In this document: positions 22,554 to 32,590 of the stretch, in pieces
How positions within the stretch are numbered: position 1 is the stretch's first letter
Layout of the letters: each line of letters begins with the position of its first letter
Assembly (NCBI GenBank): GCA_045613285.1
Contig: JAZLAQ010000007.1
Span: 485 to 64,484 of the forward strand
Reading direction: 5' to 3'
Source of the DNA: Alphaproteobacteria bacterium
Lineage (GTDB): Bacteria; Pseudomonadota; Alphaproteobacteria; CAAHEQ01; UBA3637
DNA length: 64,000 nucleotides
Made by a program: the position numbers and the translations under genes
The notes under the pieces: generated by a model
What the model was told of the DNA's origin: nothing
What the model saw: the letters and a program-made list of their open reading frames with translations, nothing else
Databases searched by the model: none

Positions 22554-23270
22554 ATGAAAAAAGGATTTTTACTCTCTTTATTATTGGGTGTTGCTTTCGT
22601 TGGTGAAGTACATGCAGCCGGTTGGAACTATGCTTCACAAGGCACGCGTCCGCAATATCAACAGCAAGTTGTTAAAAGAACGCAGGCCAGACAACCGGAA
22701 ACAAAAACGGCTTACCGTAGCAACGCTCAGTCAAAGGTTCGTTATCAAGGGACTTCTGCCAGAAAATCAGGAAAACATAATCGAAATGCTAATAAATTCT
22801 ATGTGACACCTCGTTTGGGGTTCAGTTATGTGAATTTTTTGGATTCAGGGGATCTGGATGTATCCGGATTTGGCTTGGCGGGTAGTGTTGCTGCCGGTAT
22901 GTATCTGAATAATAATATTCGTTTAGATGCCGAAATTGGTTATCACTTTGAACGGGAAGTTGCTGAAGAGTACGGTATATCGTTGGATTACAGTCAAATG
23001 GATTTTATGGTTAACGGTTATTACGATATTCAAACAAAAGGTCCTTGGACACCGTTTATTGGTGCTGGCTTGGGATTATTTAATACAGAATTGTCCGTAG
23101 AAGATTATAGTGCCTCGGAAACGGTTTTTGGCGTTTCTATTGCCGGTGGTGCCAGTTATGCGATCACGGATAAAGTATCTGCTGAAGGTATGCTTCGCGG
23201 TAAATATCTGTTTGATGAAGGGGCAGCAGTCAATTTAGACGCTTTGGTTGGTCTGAGATTTAGTTTTTAA
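22554..23270 (+). CDS. Small outer-membrane beta-barrel protein, paralog of the upstream gene
   Basis: Same motifs (FYVTPRLG, NGYYD, PFIGAGLG, GLRFSF). Confidence 0.85.
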   Translation: MKKGFLLSLLLGVAFVGEVHAAGWNYASQGTRPQYQQQVVKRTQARQPETKTAYRSNAQSKVRYQGTSARKSGKHNRNANKFYVTPRLGFSYVNFLDSGDLDVSGFGLAGSVAAGMYLNNNIRLDAEIGYHFEREVAEEYGISLDYSQMDFMVNGYYDIQTKGPWTPFIGAGLGLFNTELSVEDYSASETVFGVSIAGGASYAITDKVSAEGMLRGKYLFDEGAAVNLDALVGLRFSF

Positions 23271-23291
23271 TTTTAAATGAAAGGAAAAAAT

Positions 23292-23606
23292 ATGAAAAAA
23301 ACATTTTTATTGACAGCTATTTGTTTGGCTATGTTCGGATTGAGCGGATGTGTTAGACATGAATTAAGTTTGGCTCATACAACGGATATATCAACTGTTG
23401 ATTTTGGAGCAACACGTTTTAAAAAAGGAACGTCTTGCGCTAATTATTTATTCCCCTTTATATTTGGTGGATTGCCGTTAGGCGGGGAAGACAGATTTTT
23501 AGATGCTGTCCAAGACGGTCGGATTTCTCGTGTTAAATTTGCAGAAAATAGAGAAACAAGTTATATTGTCTTTGGGCAAAGATGTATTGATGTTTATGGA
23601 CTATAA
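23292..23606 (+). CDS. TRL-like family lipoprotein
   Basis: Lipobox LSGC; GTSC...G.IS.V...FG..C..VYG pattern. Confidence 0.65.
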   Translation: MKKTFLLTAICLAMFGLSGCVRHELSLAHTTDISTVDFGATRFKKGTSCANYLFPFIFGGLPLGGEDRFLDAVQDGRISRVKFAENRETSYIVFGQRCIDVYGL

Positions 23607-23623
23607 AGGTTTCTTCTTGTAAT

Positions 23624-23655
23624 AAAAAACACCCCTGTTTATCAGGGGTGTTTTT
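23624..23655. terminator. Bidirectional intrinsic terminator
   Basis: AAAAACACCCCTG-TTTAT-CAGGGGTGTTTTT. Confidence 0.85.
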
Positions 23656-23693
23656 AAATAAACAAAAAATAATCGGAAAACCGGTGTTATTTT

Positions 23694-24413
23694 TTATTCT
23701 TCTATTTTAGGTGGTGTCTGTTGCAGTTTATTGATATAGATTAGGCTGAATGTGGCAATAATACCTGCACACATAATACAGTACCAAAAATTAATAACTG
23801 AACCGACAGTAAACAAAATACAGTTTAATGTAATTAGAGAAAACCAACCGATTTGTGCGGCTTTTTTTATACGAATTTTATCTGACGGAATCTTAATACT
23901 CCATACGAAAAGACGTGTTAAGCCGACAGTTAGCCATAATCCTAACCAAAGTGCTGTAAAAATAAGAACAAAAAATGCACCAACGGTATTTAAAAAAGCC
24001 TCTTGAAAAAGGGCTGATAAAAATTCTTTGTCAATGATTGTTTCTTGTACAGGGAGATCTGCTTCCTGTAGTTGATTTTGATAATTGATGTAGAATTTCT
24101 TTTTTGATAAGAACAAACCATCCCGTTCAAGAGGAAGAGCAAAATCATCTTGTTTTGTGTTGATTTCCAATACAAGATTTAAGGGAAGTTCTTGTTGAAA
24201 AACAGTATCAGCAGGGCTTTTAACAGTTTTGTCCTGTATTTCAATAACGGGAATAGAATCAAAAAGAACCTGTGTTTCCGGTTGATTAAGTGCTATATTG
24301 CCTAGGATATAAAAAACTATTGAAAATAAAAGAGACAGTCCTAAAAATAGAAGAGTCGTCTTTCCCGCTGTTACCGGGTTTCCTTTTTGTAAATATGTTG
24401 TTAATTTATCCAT
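23694..24413 (-). CDS. Hypothetical multi-pass membrane protein (DUF1189-like architecture)
   Basis: One N-terminal TM, a soluble loop and three C-terminal TMs; GGAG RBS. Confidence 0.6.
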   Translation of the reverse strand: MDKLTTYLQKGNPVTAGKTTLLFLGLSLLFSIVFYILGNIALNQPETQVLFDSIPVIEIQDKTVKSPADTVFQQELPLNLVLEINTKQDDFALPLERDGLFLSKKKFYINYQNQLQEADLPVQETIIDKEFLSALFQEAFLNTVGAFFVLIFTALWLGLWLTVGLTRLFVWSIKIPSDKIRIKKAAQIGWFSLITLNCILFTVGSVINFWYCIMCAGIIATFSLIYINKLQQTPPKIEE

Positions 24414-24479
24414 AAAAACTCCTATTGATTAAAAAAGGGCAGGTACAATCACCCGCCCCTTTTAGAGAAAATAAAAAAC

Positions 24480-24824
24480 TTATTTCTTTACGCCGTAGTA
24501 CGGTTTGGCTGATACTTTCTTAGCCGGTAATTTGTCAGTCAAAACAGACTTTACCAAAGTTTTCTTGACCAATTCTTTTTTTGCAATCATCGGTTCCATA
24601 GAGACGGAAAGAGAAGCTGATTTCAAAGAAGAAGATTTACTTGAAATCTTCTTGCAAGAAGATTTTACAACCTTTTTGGCAACCGGTTTTTTTTCTAAAC
24701 CATACAATTCTTGGCAAGCCAAGTTCCAGAATTCTTGTTCACGGCCTTCCGGACAACCGGCTTTTTGCCAGATATAATAAGCAGCAACACGAATGTGTTC
24801 GTCATTGAAGATGTGTTTCGTCAT
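24480..24824 (-). CDS. DUF2934 domain protein with Lys/Ser-rich tail
   Basis: IRVAAYYIWQKAGCPEGREQEFWNLA; AAAGGAG RBS. Confidence 0.8.
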   Translation of the reverse strand: MTKHIFNDEHIRVAAYYIWQKAGCPEGREQEFWNLACQELYGLEKKPVAKKVVKSSCKKISSKSSSLKSASLSVSMEPMIAKKELVKKTLVKSVLTDKLPAKKVSAKPYYGVKK

Positions 24825-24913
24825 GAATAATACTCCTTTAATTAAAGACACAAGTCAATATAACACTCTTTTTTTTTAAATGCAACACTTTATTTTACTT
24901 TTTTGAAAAATAT

Positions 24914-26221
24914 TTAAGTGTTTTCAGGAAGTTTGAAGCGTAAAACAGATAAGGGAGGGAGTAAAGATAAAATTTCCTGTGAAACAGGCACCCGAATGGA
25001 TTGTCCCAATCGACCTGAAGAAATACTGGAAACTTCTTGACCGTTAATATCATTGTAAAGTTCTGTAATTTCTAATTTTATTGGTGAAAATTGGGAGGGT
25101 GAAAGAGCTTCTAATATCATCCCTTTTTCAATTTTGTGCTTTACTTCTATAATCAAAAAGTTATCCTGATGGCGACGAACAACGCCGGCAAAACGCCATT
25201 GTCCGGTGCTGGCGGATACATCATAACTTTGTGCTTCTGGTCCTGCATTTCCGTCTAAGAATCCAACGGTGTATCCACGGGATTGCAGTGTCATAATTTC
25301 GTCCATATATTTATCAGCCTGCCAATCAGACGGATTTTGAAACCAGTCATCAATGGCTTGTCTGTATGTACGGGTAGTGATGGCAACATAGTATTCTGAT
25401 TTATTACGACCTTCTATTTTAAAAGAATCTATTCCAACGGGTAATACTTCATTTAAACGAGGAAGCCAACATAAATCACGAGAGTTCATAATGTAAGTTC
25501 CGTGTTCATCTTCGTCAATTTGCAAAAACTGATTAGGGCGATTTTCTTCCTCAATAAAATAAGTAGTATCATCCGACGGTTTTTGTTTAGGTAAATCTTG
25601 ATAGGTTTTATATCGCCACCGGCATGTATGGGCACAATTTCCCTTGTTTGCACTGCGTCCTGTCATAAAATTAGATAAAAGACATCGACCTGAGTAACTG
25701 ACGCATAAAGCTCCATGTACAAATGTTTCTAATCGGATATCAGGATGGTCTTGTCGAATCTCTTGTATTTCAGATAAAGGCACCTCTCGACCGAGAACAC
25801 ATAAAGAAGCCCCTTGATTTTTCCAAAAACTCACCGTTAAAGAAGAGCAGACATTGGCCTGTGTAGAAATGTGGCGAGGAATATGTGGAACACGTTCTTT
25901 TAAAAGGGCAAAAACACCTGGGTCTGCTACAATAACACCATCCGGATTGAGTTCTTTTAATTGTTCAATGAAAAAATCCAGATTTGGAATATCTCTATTA
26001 TGTGTGAATAAATTGATAGTCAGATAAACTTTTTTGCCGATTGAATGCGCATATTCAATACCTTGCTTCATTTCCGGTAAGGTAAAAGAGGTCTTGTTGC
26101 GCAAAGAAACAGTCGGCATACCGGCATAAACAGCATCAGCACCGTACATAAAAGCCGTTTTTAACCTGTCCAGAGAACCGGCAGGGAGTAACAATTCGGG
26201 CTTATTCAGATTTTTGTTCAT
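24914..26221 (-). CDS. U32 family protein (TrhP/YegQ-like tRNA hydroxylation)
   Basis: PELLLPAG, GADAVYAG, HISTQAN, HGALCVSYSGRCLLS, FKIEGR. Confidence 0.88.
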   Translation of the reverse strand: MNKNLNKPELLLPAGSLDRLKTAFMYGADAVYAGMPTVSLRNKTSFTLPEMKQGIEYAHSIGKKVYLTINLFTHNRDIPNLDFFIEQLKELNPDGVIVADPGVFALLKERVPHIPRHISTQANVCSSLTVSFWKNQGASLCVLGREVPLSEIQEIRQDHPDIRLETFVHGALCVSYSGRCLLSNFMTGRSANKGNCAHTCRWRYKTYQDLPKQKPSDDTTYFIEEENRPNQFLQIDEDEHGTYIMNSRDLCWLPRLNEVLPVGIDSFKIEGRNKSEYYVAITTRTYRQAIDDWFQNPSDWQADKYMDEIMTLQSRGYTVGFLDGNAGPEAQSYDVSASTGQWRFAGVVRRHQDNFLIIEVKHKIEKGMILEALSPSQFSPIKLEITELYNDINGQEVSSISSGRLGQSIRVPVSQEILSLLPPLSVLRFKLPENT

Positions 26222-27035
26222 TGGTTTGTTGTTGTTGTTTTAAAAAAGATAGGAGCATCGGTAAGGGTAATGGACGGGAAAAAATAAAACCTTGTCCGAA
26301 ATCGCAATTATTTTCTTTCAGCCATTGTTCTTGTTCGGGGCGTTCAATTCCTTCGGCCAATACAAGTAGATTTAGGGCATGTCCTAAATCAATCATCATA
26401 CGGGTGATGGATTGATTGGCTTGTTTATCAAAAAGCGTATTGATAAAATCACCGTCGATTTTTAATTTATCGGCTTCTAAATCTTTAACATAGTTTAATG
26501 ATGCATGACCGCTACCAAAATCGTCAATGGAAATACGAATCCCTTGTTTCTTTAAATTCTTTAATGTCTGAATTTCAACACCGGATTTACTGAGAGCATT
26601 TGTTTCTGTTAGTTCGCATTCTAATTGTTCGGGTAAGATACGAAATTCATCCATTGCTTCATCCAATAATGTCAATAATGACGGATTTCGTAATTGTGAC
26701 GCCGATAGATTGATGGACAAAAATAAGTCTGTAAATCCATTATCGCGGAGAGTCCTTAAATCTTTAAATGTCTGTTTAAATAAAAAAGGTGTAAAGTCAT
26801 TGATAATGCCTGTTTCTTCCAGTTTAGGAATAAATTCATTTGGGGGGATAATTCCATTGGGACTTTCCCAGCGGATAAGAGCTTCTATTCCACGGACGGA
26901 ACCGGTCTTTAAATCCCATTCCGGCTGATAATAAAAGACAAATTCATTATTGGTTAGGGCCCGTCGTAAATCAGTTGCACCGATAATTCTTTTTTTAGGG
27001 GCAAAAACTTTTTGTAAGAATGTTAAAAGTGACAT
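26202..27035 (-). CDS. Stand-alone EAL domain c-di-GMP phosphodiesterase
   Basis: YYQP, EALIRW, ELTE, IDDFGSG, LAEGIE, GQGF. Confidence 0.9.
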   Translation of the reverse strand: MSLLTFLQKVFAPKKRIIGATDLRRALTNNEFVFYYQPEWDLKTGSVRGIEALIRWESPNGIIPPNEFIPKLEETGIINDFTPFLFKQTFKDLRTLRDNGFTDLFLSINLSASQLRNPSLLTLLDEAMDEFRILPEQLECELTETNALSKSGVEIQTLKNLKKQGIRISIDDFGSGHASLNYVKDLEADKLKIDGDFINTLFDKQANQSITRMMIDLGHALNLLVLAEGIERPEQEQWLKENNCDFGQGFIFSRPLPLPMLLSFLKQQQQTNEQKSE

Positions 27036-27204
27036 TTTAAACCTCTCTTTTTTCTTTTTGTTAAACCGAATAATTCATTTATACACTTTTTTTTTCAAAA
27101 AAGCACGTTTTTTTTAAAAAAAGAATACACTTTTTTAATTTTTTCGTCTATAATAGCCCACGAACGAAACGCAAAATGTAAAAAAAAGAAAGGAAGCATA
27201 AGAA

Positions 27205-28737
27205 ATGTTAAGACCAAAACCCGTTGTTCTCTGTATCTTAGATGGTTGGGGATATCGCGCGGAAAAAGAAAATAACGCTATTGAAATGGCAAAAACGCCA
27301 GTTTGGGATAATCTGATACAAAACTATCCGACGGCAATGATACAAACTTCTGGATTAAATGTGGGGTTGCCTGATGGACAAATGGGAAATTCGGAAGTTG
27401 GACACACTAATTTAGGAGCCGGTCGTGTTGTCATGCAGGATTTGCCGAGAATTGATTCGGCTATTTCGGATGGTTCTTTGGCGGAAAATCCGGTTTTGGC
27501 AGGTTTGATTGCCAAATTAAAAGAAAATAATGGTGTTTGCCACTTGATGGGGTTACTGGGACCTGGTGGTGTTCATGCTAAACAAAGTCATATCGTTGCA
27601 CTGGCGCGTATTTTAAGTGACGCTGGTGTTCGAGTTGTTATTCATGGATTCTTGGATGGGCGGGATACACCGCCGGATTCGGCAAAAGGATTTGTGGCAG
27701 AATTAGAAAAAGATATTGAAAATTTACCTTTGGTTTCGATAGGAACATTGGGTGGGCGTTATTATGCGATGGATCGGGATAACCGGTGGGAACGGGTGGA
27801 TAAAGCTTACAGAGCTTTAGTGGATGCGGATGCCCCCCGTTTTGCAACAGCAGAACAAGCTGTTTCCGAATCGTATAATCAACAGGTGTATGATGAATTT
27901 ATGTTACCGGCTGTTATCGGAGATTATCAGGGTATGCAGGATGGTGATGCCGTCATTATGGCAAATTATAGATCTGATCGAGCACGAGAAATAACACGTA
28001 TGTTATTACAACCTGATTTTGAATTGGCTATACGTTGTCGGGTGGTTCATTTTTCTGAAGCGGTTGCTATGACGGAATATTCTGTCGAACATAATCAATG
28101 GTTAAAGGTTTTATTTCCGCCGGAAGATTTAAAAAATATATTTGGGGAAGTTGTGGCTGAAGCCGGTTTGACACAGTTGCGGATCGCTGAAACTGAAAAG
28201 TATGCCCATGTAACTTTCTTTTTTAACGGTGGAAAAGAAACGTTGTTCCCGAATGAAGAACGAATTTTGATTCCCAGTCCTAAGGTGGCAACTTATGATT
28301 TAAAACCTGAAATGTCCGCCTATGAAGTAACTGACAAATTAATTGAAGCTATTCAGTCAGATAAATTTGATGTTATTATTGTCAATTATGCAAATGGTGA
28401 TATGGTTGGTCATACTGGTGTATTGGATGCCGCGATTCGGGCTGTTGAAGCTGTTGATGCATGTGTCGGTCGGGTCGTTGATGCCGTTCGGGGAAAGGGT
28501 GGTGTTGTTTTTATTACAGCAGATCACGGTAATGCCGAACAGATGAAAGACCCGGTTAAAGGAACTCCTTATACGGCACATACGGCCACACCGGTTAAGG
28601 CTGTTTTGGTTAATGGTCCGGCCGATGTTAAGTTGGATGACGGTCGCTTGTGCGATGTTGCCCCGACATTATTGTCTTTGTTGGGATTGACACAGCCACC
28701 AGAAATGACTGGACATTCTTTGATTAAAAAGGGGTAA
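27205..28737 (+). CDS. gpmI: 2,3-BPG-independent phosphoglycerate mutase
   Basis: LDGWG, GQMGNSEVGH, AETEKYAHVTFF, DMVGHTG, TADHGNAE. Confidence 0.97.
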   Translation: MLRPKPVVLCILDGWGYRAEKENNAIEMAKTPVWDNLIQNYPTAMIQTSGLNVGLPDGQMGNSEVGHTNLGAGRVVMQDLPRIDSAISDGSLAENPVLAGLIAKLKENNGVCHLMGLLGPGGVHAKQSHIVALARILSDAGVRVVIHGFLDGRDTPPDSAKGFVAELEKDIENLPLVSIGTLGGRYYAMDRDNRWERVDKAYRALVDADAPRFATAEQAVSESYNQQVYDEFMLPAVIGDYQGMQDGDAVIMANYRSDRAREITRMLLQPDFELAIRCRVVHFSEAVAMTEYSVEHNQWLKVLFPPEDLKNIFGEVVAEAGLTQLRIAETEKYAHVTFFFNGGKETLFPNEERILIPSPKVATYDLKPEMSAYEVTDKLIEAIQSDKFDVIIVNYANGDMVGHTGVLDAAIRAVEAVDACVGRVVDAVRGKGGVVFITADHGNAEQMKDPVKGTPYTAHTATPVKAVLVNGPADVKLDDGRLCDVAPTLLSLLGLTQPPEMTGHSLIKKG

Positions 28738-28740
28738 GTT

Positions 28741-29910
28741 GTGATTAAGGTTCCTGTTTTATTTTTGTTATTGATGACAACTTTTTCGGTTGGTGCTGCA
28801 CCGACTCAGTCAGATTTGCATCAATTAGAACAAAAAATAAAGCAGGAACAAAAAGCTCAAAAAGAAATCAGTCGGAAGGCCGATGAAGTTTCTGATGAGG
28901 TTAAAAGTGTTCAGAAACAAATGGTCCGGTTAGCCCAAAATCTGAGAGAAAAAGAAGATGATTTGTCACGATTGGAAAAAAGACAGGAACAAATTATTAG
29001 TCGTCAAGCCGAGTTGCAAGATAAATTAAAGTTAACAGAAGGACAAAAAGTACGGTTGATATCTGGTTTTCAGACGTTGGCCTTGCGTCCGAAAGAGTTG
29101 GCTTTGATACAAAATAAAACGCCTTTGAATACTGTTCGTAGTCAGATGATTATGGGATACAGTTTGCCTGTTATAAACGGTATTAATCAACAGACACGGG
29201 ATGACTTGTCTGAATTATCCCAGATACAGGAAGAATTAAAAGAACAAATTGTTCAGATTAAATCGGCTCAGTTACAATTGTCAGAACAAACTGAACAAAT
29301 GAATAAGTTATTACAACAAAAATATTTGTTACAGGCTCAATATCAAGTTTCTCAACAACAGGCTAAACAGCGTGTTGAAAACTTAGGAAGTCAGGCTAAG
29401 GATTTAAAGGATTTACTTAATCGTTTGGAAGAAGAAAAAAAACAGGCGACTCAAGTAGCGATTCGGTATATGCAGGAAAATCGGCCTGATTTTGAAAAAA
29501 CGATTCAACAAACAAAAACAAATGTATCTGATTTCTCGAAAATAAAAGGCCGTTTACCGTATCCGATTAGTGGAAAAATTACGACGCGTTTCGGAACTCA
29601 AATGGTTGGTGGTGGACACACAAAAGGTGTTACGATATCCGGACGGTTATCTGCCCATGTGACAGCGCCTTTTGACGGAACGGTTCTGTTTGCCGGTCCT
29701 TTTAAAAGTTATGGTTCTTTGGTTATTTTGGACCACGGAAATAATTATTTATCTTTGCTGGCTGGTATGAATGCTGTTTATGCTTCTGTCGGTCAAACGG
29801 TTTTAGCAGGAGAACCTGTTGGGCAAATGGGAAATAAAAAGTCAGAGCTTTATGTTGAAATTCGACAAGGTGGTCAGGCTGTGGACCCAGAACCTTGGTT
29901 TGTTAAATGA
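28741..29910 (+). CDS. envC: Murein hydrolase activator EnvC (coiled coil + degenerate M23)
   Basis: Signal peptide, long coiled coil, LYVEIRQGGQAVDPEPW; gpmI-envC-ctpA synteny. Confidence 0.85.
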   Translation: MIKVPVLFLLLMTTFSVGAAPTQSDLHQLEQKIKQEQKAQKEISRKADEVSDEVKSVQKQMVRLAQNLREKEDDLSRLEKRQEQIISRQAELQDKLKLTEGQKVRLISGFQTLALRPKELALIQNKTPLNTVRSQMIMGYSLPVINGINQQTRDDLSELSQIQEELKEQIVQIKSAQLQLSEQTEQMNKLLQQKYLLQAQYQVSQQQAKQRVENLGSQAKDLKDLLNRLEEEKKQATQVAIRYMQENRPDFEKTIQQTKTNVSDFSKIKGRLPYPISGKITTRFGTQMVGGGHTKGVTISGRLSAHVTAPFDGTVLFAGPFKSYGSLVILDHGNNYLSLLAGMNAVYASVGQTVLAGEPVGQMGNKKSELYVEIRQGGQAVDPEPWFVK

Positions 29911-29920
29911 TGGAGGGGTT

Positions 29921-31261
29921 ATGAAATATTTTCAATATGTATCGGGGATTGTTTTGGGGTTATTATTGTCATCTTCGGTTTTTGCCGATATTCAAGATAA
30001 GACTGAACCGGTAAAAAAACAAAAAGATCCATATGTCTTGATGGAGTTATTTGGGGCAACATATAATGCAATTAAGTCAGATTATGTGGAAGAACCAGAT
30101 GACGAAAAATTGATGGAAAATGCTATTAACGGTATGTTATCAGCATTAGATCCGCATTCCGGCTTTTTAAATGAAGAAACTTTTGAAGAAATGGAAACAC
30201 AAACAAAAGGTGAATTTGGTGGTTTGGGTATTGAAATTACTTCGGATAAAGGTTTTATTCGGGTTATGGCTCCAATTGATGATACGCCGGCTTTTAAAGC
30301 GGGGATACAAACAGGGGATCACATTACACATATTGACGGATTGTCGGTTGTTGGGTTGACATTAAATGAAGCTGTCAAAAAAATGCGAGGTAAAATCGGT
30401 ACAGAGGTAACATTGACAATTTCCCGTCAGGAACAAGAACCCTTTGATGTGACTATTAAACGGGATAATATAAAGATTGAACCGGTTAAATATGAGGAAA
30501 AAGGAAATGTCGGCTATGTCCGTATTGTCAGTTTTAGTGAAAAAACAGCCGATAAAACGAAAAAAGCCGTTCAGGATTTAATGAAAAAAATAGGCCCTAA
30601 AAAAATACACGGCTTTGTTTTGGATTTAAGAAATAATCCCGGTGGTTTATTGGATCAGGCCGTTGATGTTTGCGATTTGTTTCTGACAGAAGGGGAAATT
30701 GTATCCACCCGTTCCAGAAAACCGGAAGATACAATGCGTTTTTCTGCAACGGCCGGTGACATATCAGAGGGATTGCCGATCTTAGTTTTAATTAATGAAG
30801 GTTCAGCTTCTGCTTCGGAAATTGTTGCCGGAGCTTTACAAGATCATCGCCGGGCACTTGTGGTTGGGTTAAAGTCTTTTGGCAAGGGTTCAGTTCAAAC
30901 TGTTCGTTCTATTCCGGGATTTGGTGGTATTAAAATGACAACGGCTCGTTATTATACGCCTTCGGGAAATTCTATTCAGGCAAAAGGTATTACACCGGAT
31001 ATTGTGATTCCGAGGGCAAATATTGAAGAATTGCCTGAAATAAAAGGATTCTCTGAAAATAATCTGCCTCAAGCCATTTCCGCGGAGGTTGGTAAAAAGG
31101 CGTCTGAAACAGATAAAATTAAAAGTAAAAAGGTAGCAGATACGTTGAAAAATAAAAAAACGGATAAAGCGGAAGAAGATGAAAAGAATAAAAAAGATTA
31201 TCAGTTAGATCGGGCAATTGATATCTTGAATGCAATTTATTTGACTCAACAGGTAAAGTAA
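29921..31261 (+). CDS. ctpA: Carboxy-terminal processing protease (S41)
   Basis: LDPHS, GEFGGLGIE (PDZ), DLRNNPGG, SASASEIVAGALQD, GKGSVQT. Confidence 0.93.
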   Translation: MKYFQYVSGIVLGLLLSSSVFADIQDKTEPVKKQKDPYVLMELFGATYNAIKSDYVEEPDDEKLMENAINGMLSALDPHSGFLNEETFEEMETQTKGEFGGLGIEITSDKGFIRVMAPIDDTPAFKAGIQTGDHITHIDGLSVVGLTLNEAVKKMRGKIGTEVTLTISRQEQEPFDVTIKRDNIKIEPVKYEEKGNVGYVRIVSFSEKTADKTKKAVQDLMKKIGPKKIHGFVLDLRNNPGGLLDQAVDVCDLFLTEGEIVSTRSRKPEDTMRFSATAGDISEGLPILVLINEGSASASEIVAGALQDHRRALVVGLKSFGKGSVQTVRSIPGFGGIKMTTARYYTPSGNSIQAKGITPDIVIPRANIEELPEIKGFSENNLPQAISAEVGKKASETDKIKSKKVADTLKNKKTDKAEEDEKNKKDYQLDRAIDILNAIYLTQQVK

Positions 31262-31275
31262 AAAGGAGACTATCA

Positions 31276-31758
31276 GTGACAAAAGGCTATCGTCCTAATG
31301 TGGGTATGATGATTATCAATTCGGAAAAAAAAGTCCTGTTGGGACTTCGGATGCATTCGGAAAATCAACCCTATCGATATCAAATGCCGCAAGGAGGAAT
31401 TGATAAAGGAGAAAAACCAGTAGAGGCTGTCTATCGGGAAATGCATGAAGAAGTCGGATTGCATCCCGAAGATGTTCGTTTTATCGCATCCACACGTCAA
31501 TGGTATAAATATGATTTGCCGGAAGTAGCCCGTAAAAAGAGAACAATTCGAGGGCAACGTCAAAAATGGTTTTTGTTTTTATTGGTGGCTGATGAAAGTC
31601 GTATCAATTTAAAAACAGATAAAATCCAGGAATTTGAAGATTATAAATGGTATGATTTAGACGAGATTATGGAAACGGTTATCCCGTTTAAACGAACAGT
31701 TTATGAACAAGTAATCAAGGAATTTCGTCCCTTTATTGAACATTTGAAAACAAATTAG
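31276..31758 (+). CDS. rppH: RNA pyrophosphohydrolase
   Basis: YRPNVG, QMPQGGID...REMHEEVG Nudix box, GQRQKWF. Confidence 0.9.
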   Translation: MTKGYRPNVGMMIINSEKKVLLGLRMHSENQPYRYQMPQGGIDKGEKPVEAVYREMHEEVGLHPEDVRFIASTRQWYKYDLPEVARKKRTIRGQRQKWFLFLLVADESRINLKTDKIQEFEDYKWYDLDEIMETVIPFKRTVYEQVIKEFRPFIEHLKTN

Positions 31759-32459
31759 GCATTTCTTAATTTTCTGTCTTGTAGTTTTTTTGCAATCATT
31801 TGTTGATAAGTTGTATCCTGTGTTTGTCTGTTCTCTAAGTTTTTATCACTTTTATCTTGTTCTTTTTGTTTGTGAATAGTGTCGGCAGGTACGGAATTTT
31901 CTTTTAATATTTTAATCATAACCGAATCAAAGTGTTTACCACTTTCTTTTGATAAGATTTTTGCGTTTTTTGCCAATTCGGAACTGGTATCTGCTATTTC
32001 ATTACCAACACTACCATCTTGTCCTGCTTCTTTTAAATCTCGCAAAGCTCTTTCCGAATGGCCGGATTGTATGTCTGAAACAGCCTCTTTTGTTGTAGCG
32101 GATGCTTTGTTTTTGTTCAGTTCACGAATACTTTGCCGAATACGTTCGCGGGCTTTTTCCATTTTTTTTAATCGTTGGGCATCTTTGTCAAATAAAGCCA
32201 TATCCAAGCCTTGTTTTCGAGCTTGTTCCAGTTGTTCTTTTAATTTGTCCGGATTTTTTTCAGAATGAATCCGTGTAATTGTTTTTTTATCTGCTTCTTT
32301 GATTCTGGTTTTGGATTGACGGATTTTTTGTAATGCTTCCTGTCGTCGGAATTGCAGATTTTTTGCTTGTTTTTGTTTTGTTATCAAACGATTTGAATGG
32401 GAAGAAATATACTTTCTCCTTGTTCTTTCAAGCGCTTCTTTTTGTTTGGATTTTAACAT
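31755..32459 (-). CDS. Hypothetical basic coiled-coil protein
   Basis: 234-aa ORF with a GGGAGG RBS; no recognised motif. Confidence 0.7.
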   Translation of the reverse strand: MLKSKQKEALERTRRKYISSHSNRLITKQKQAKNLQFRRQEALQKIRQSKTRIKEADKKTITRIHSEKNPDKLKEQLEQARKQGLDMALFDKDAQRLKKMEKARERIRQSIRELNKNKASATTKEAVSDIQSGHSERALRDLKEAGQDGSVGNEIADTSSELAKNAKILSKESGKHFDSVMIKILKENSVPADTIHKQKEQDKSDKNLENRQTQDTTYQQMIAKKLQDRKLRNA

Positions 32460-32590
32460 GGTATTTCCTCCCTTCTTAATTTAATTATATCACAAAAATT
32501 AAATTTGTCCAGAAAAGCGTTGATTTTTAATTTTATTTTATGATATAATGCAAAGTGTCTTATTCATTAATATTATTATTTGGGGTTTTT

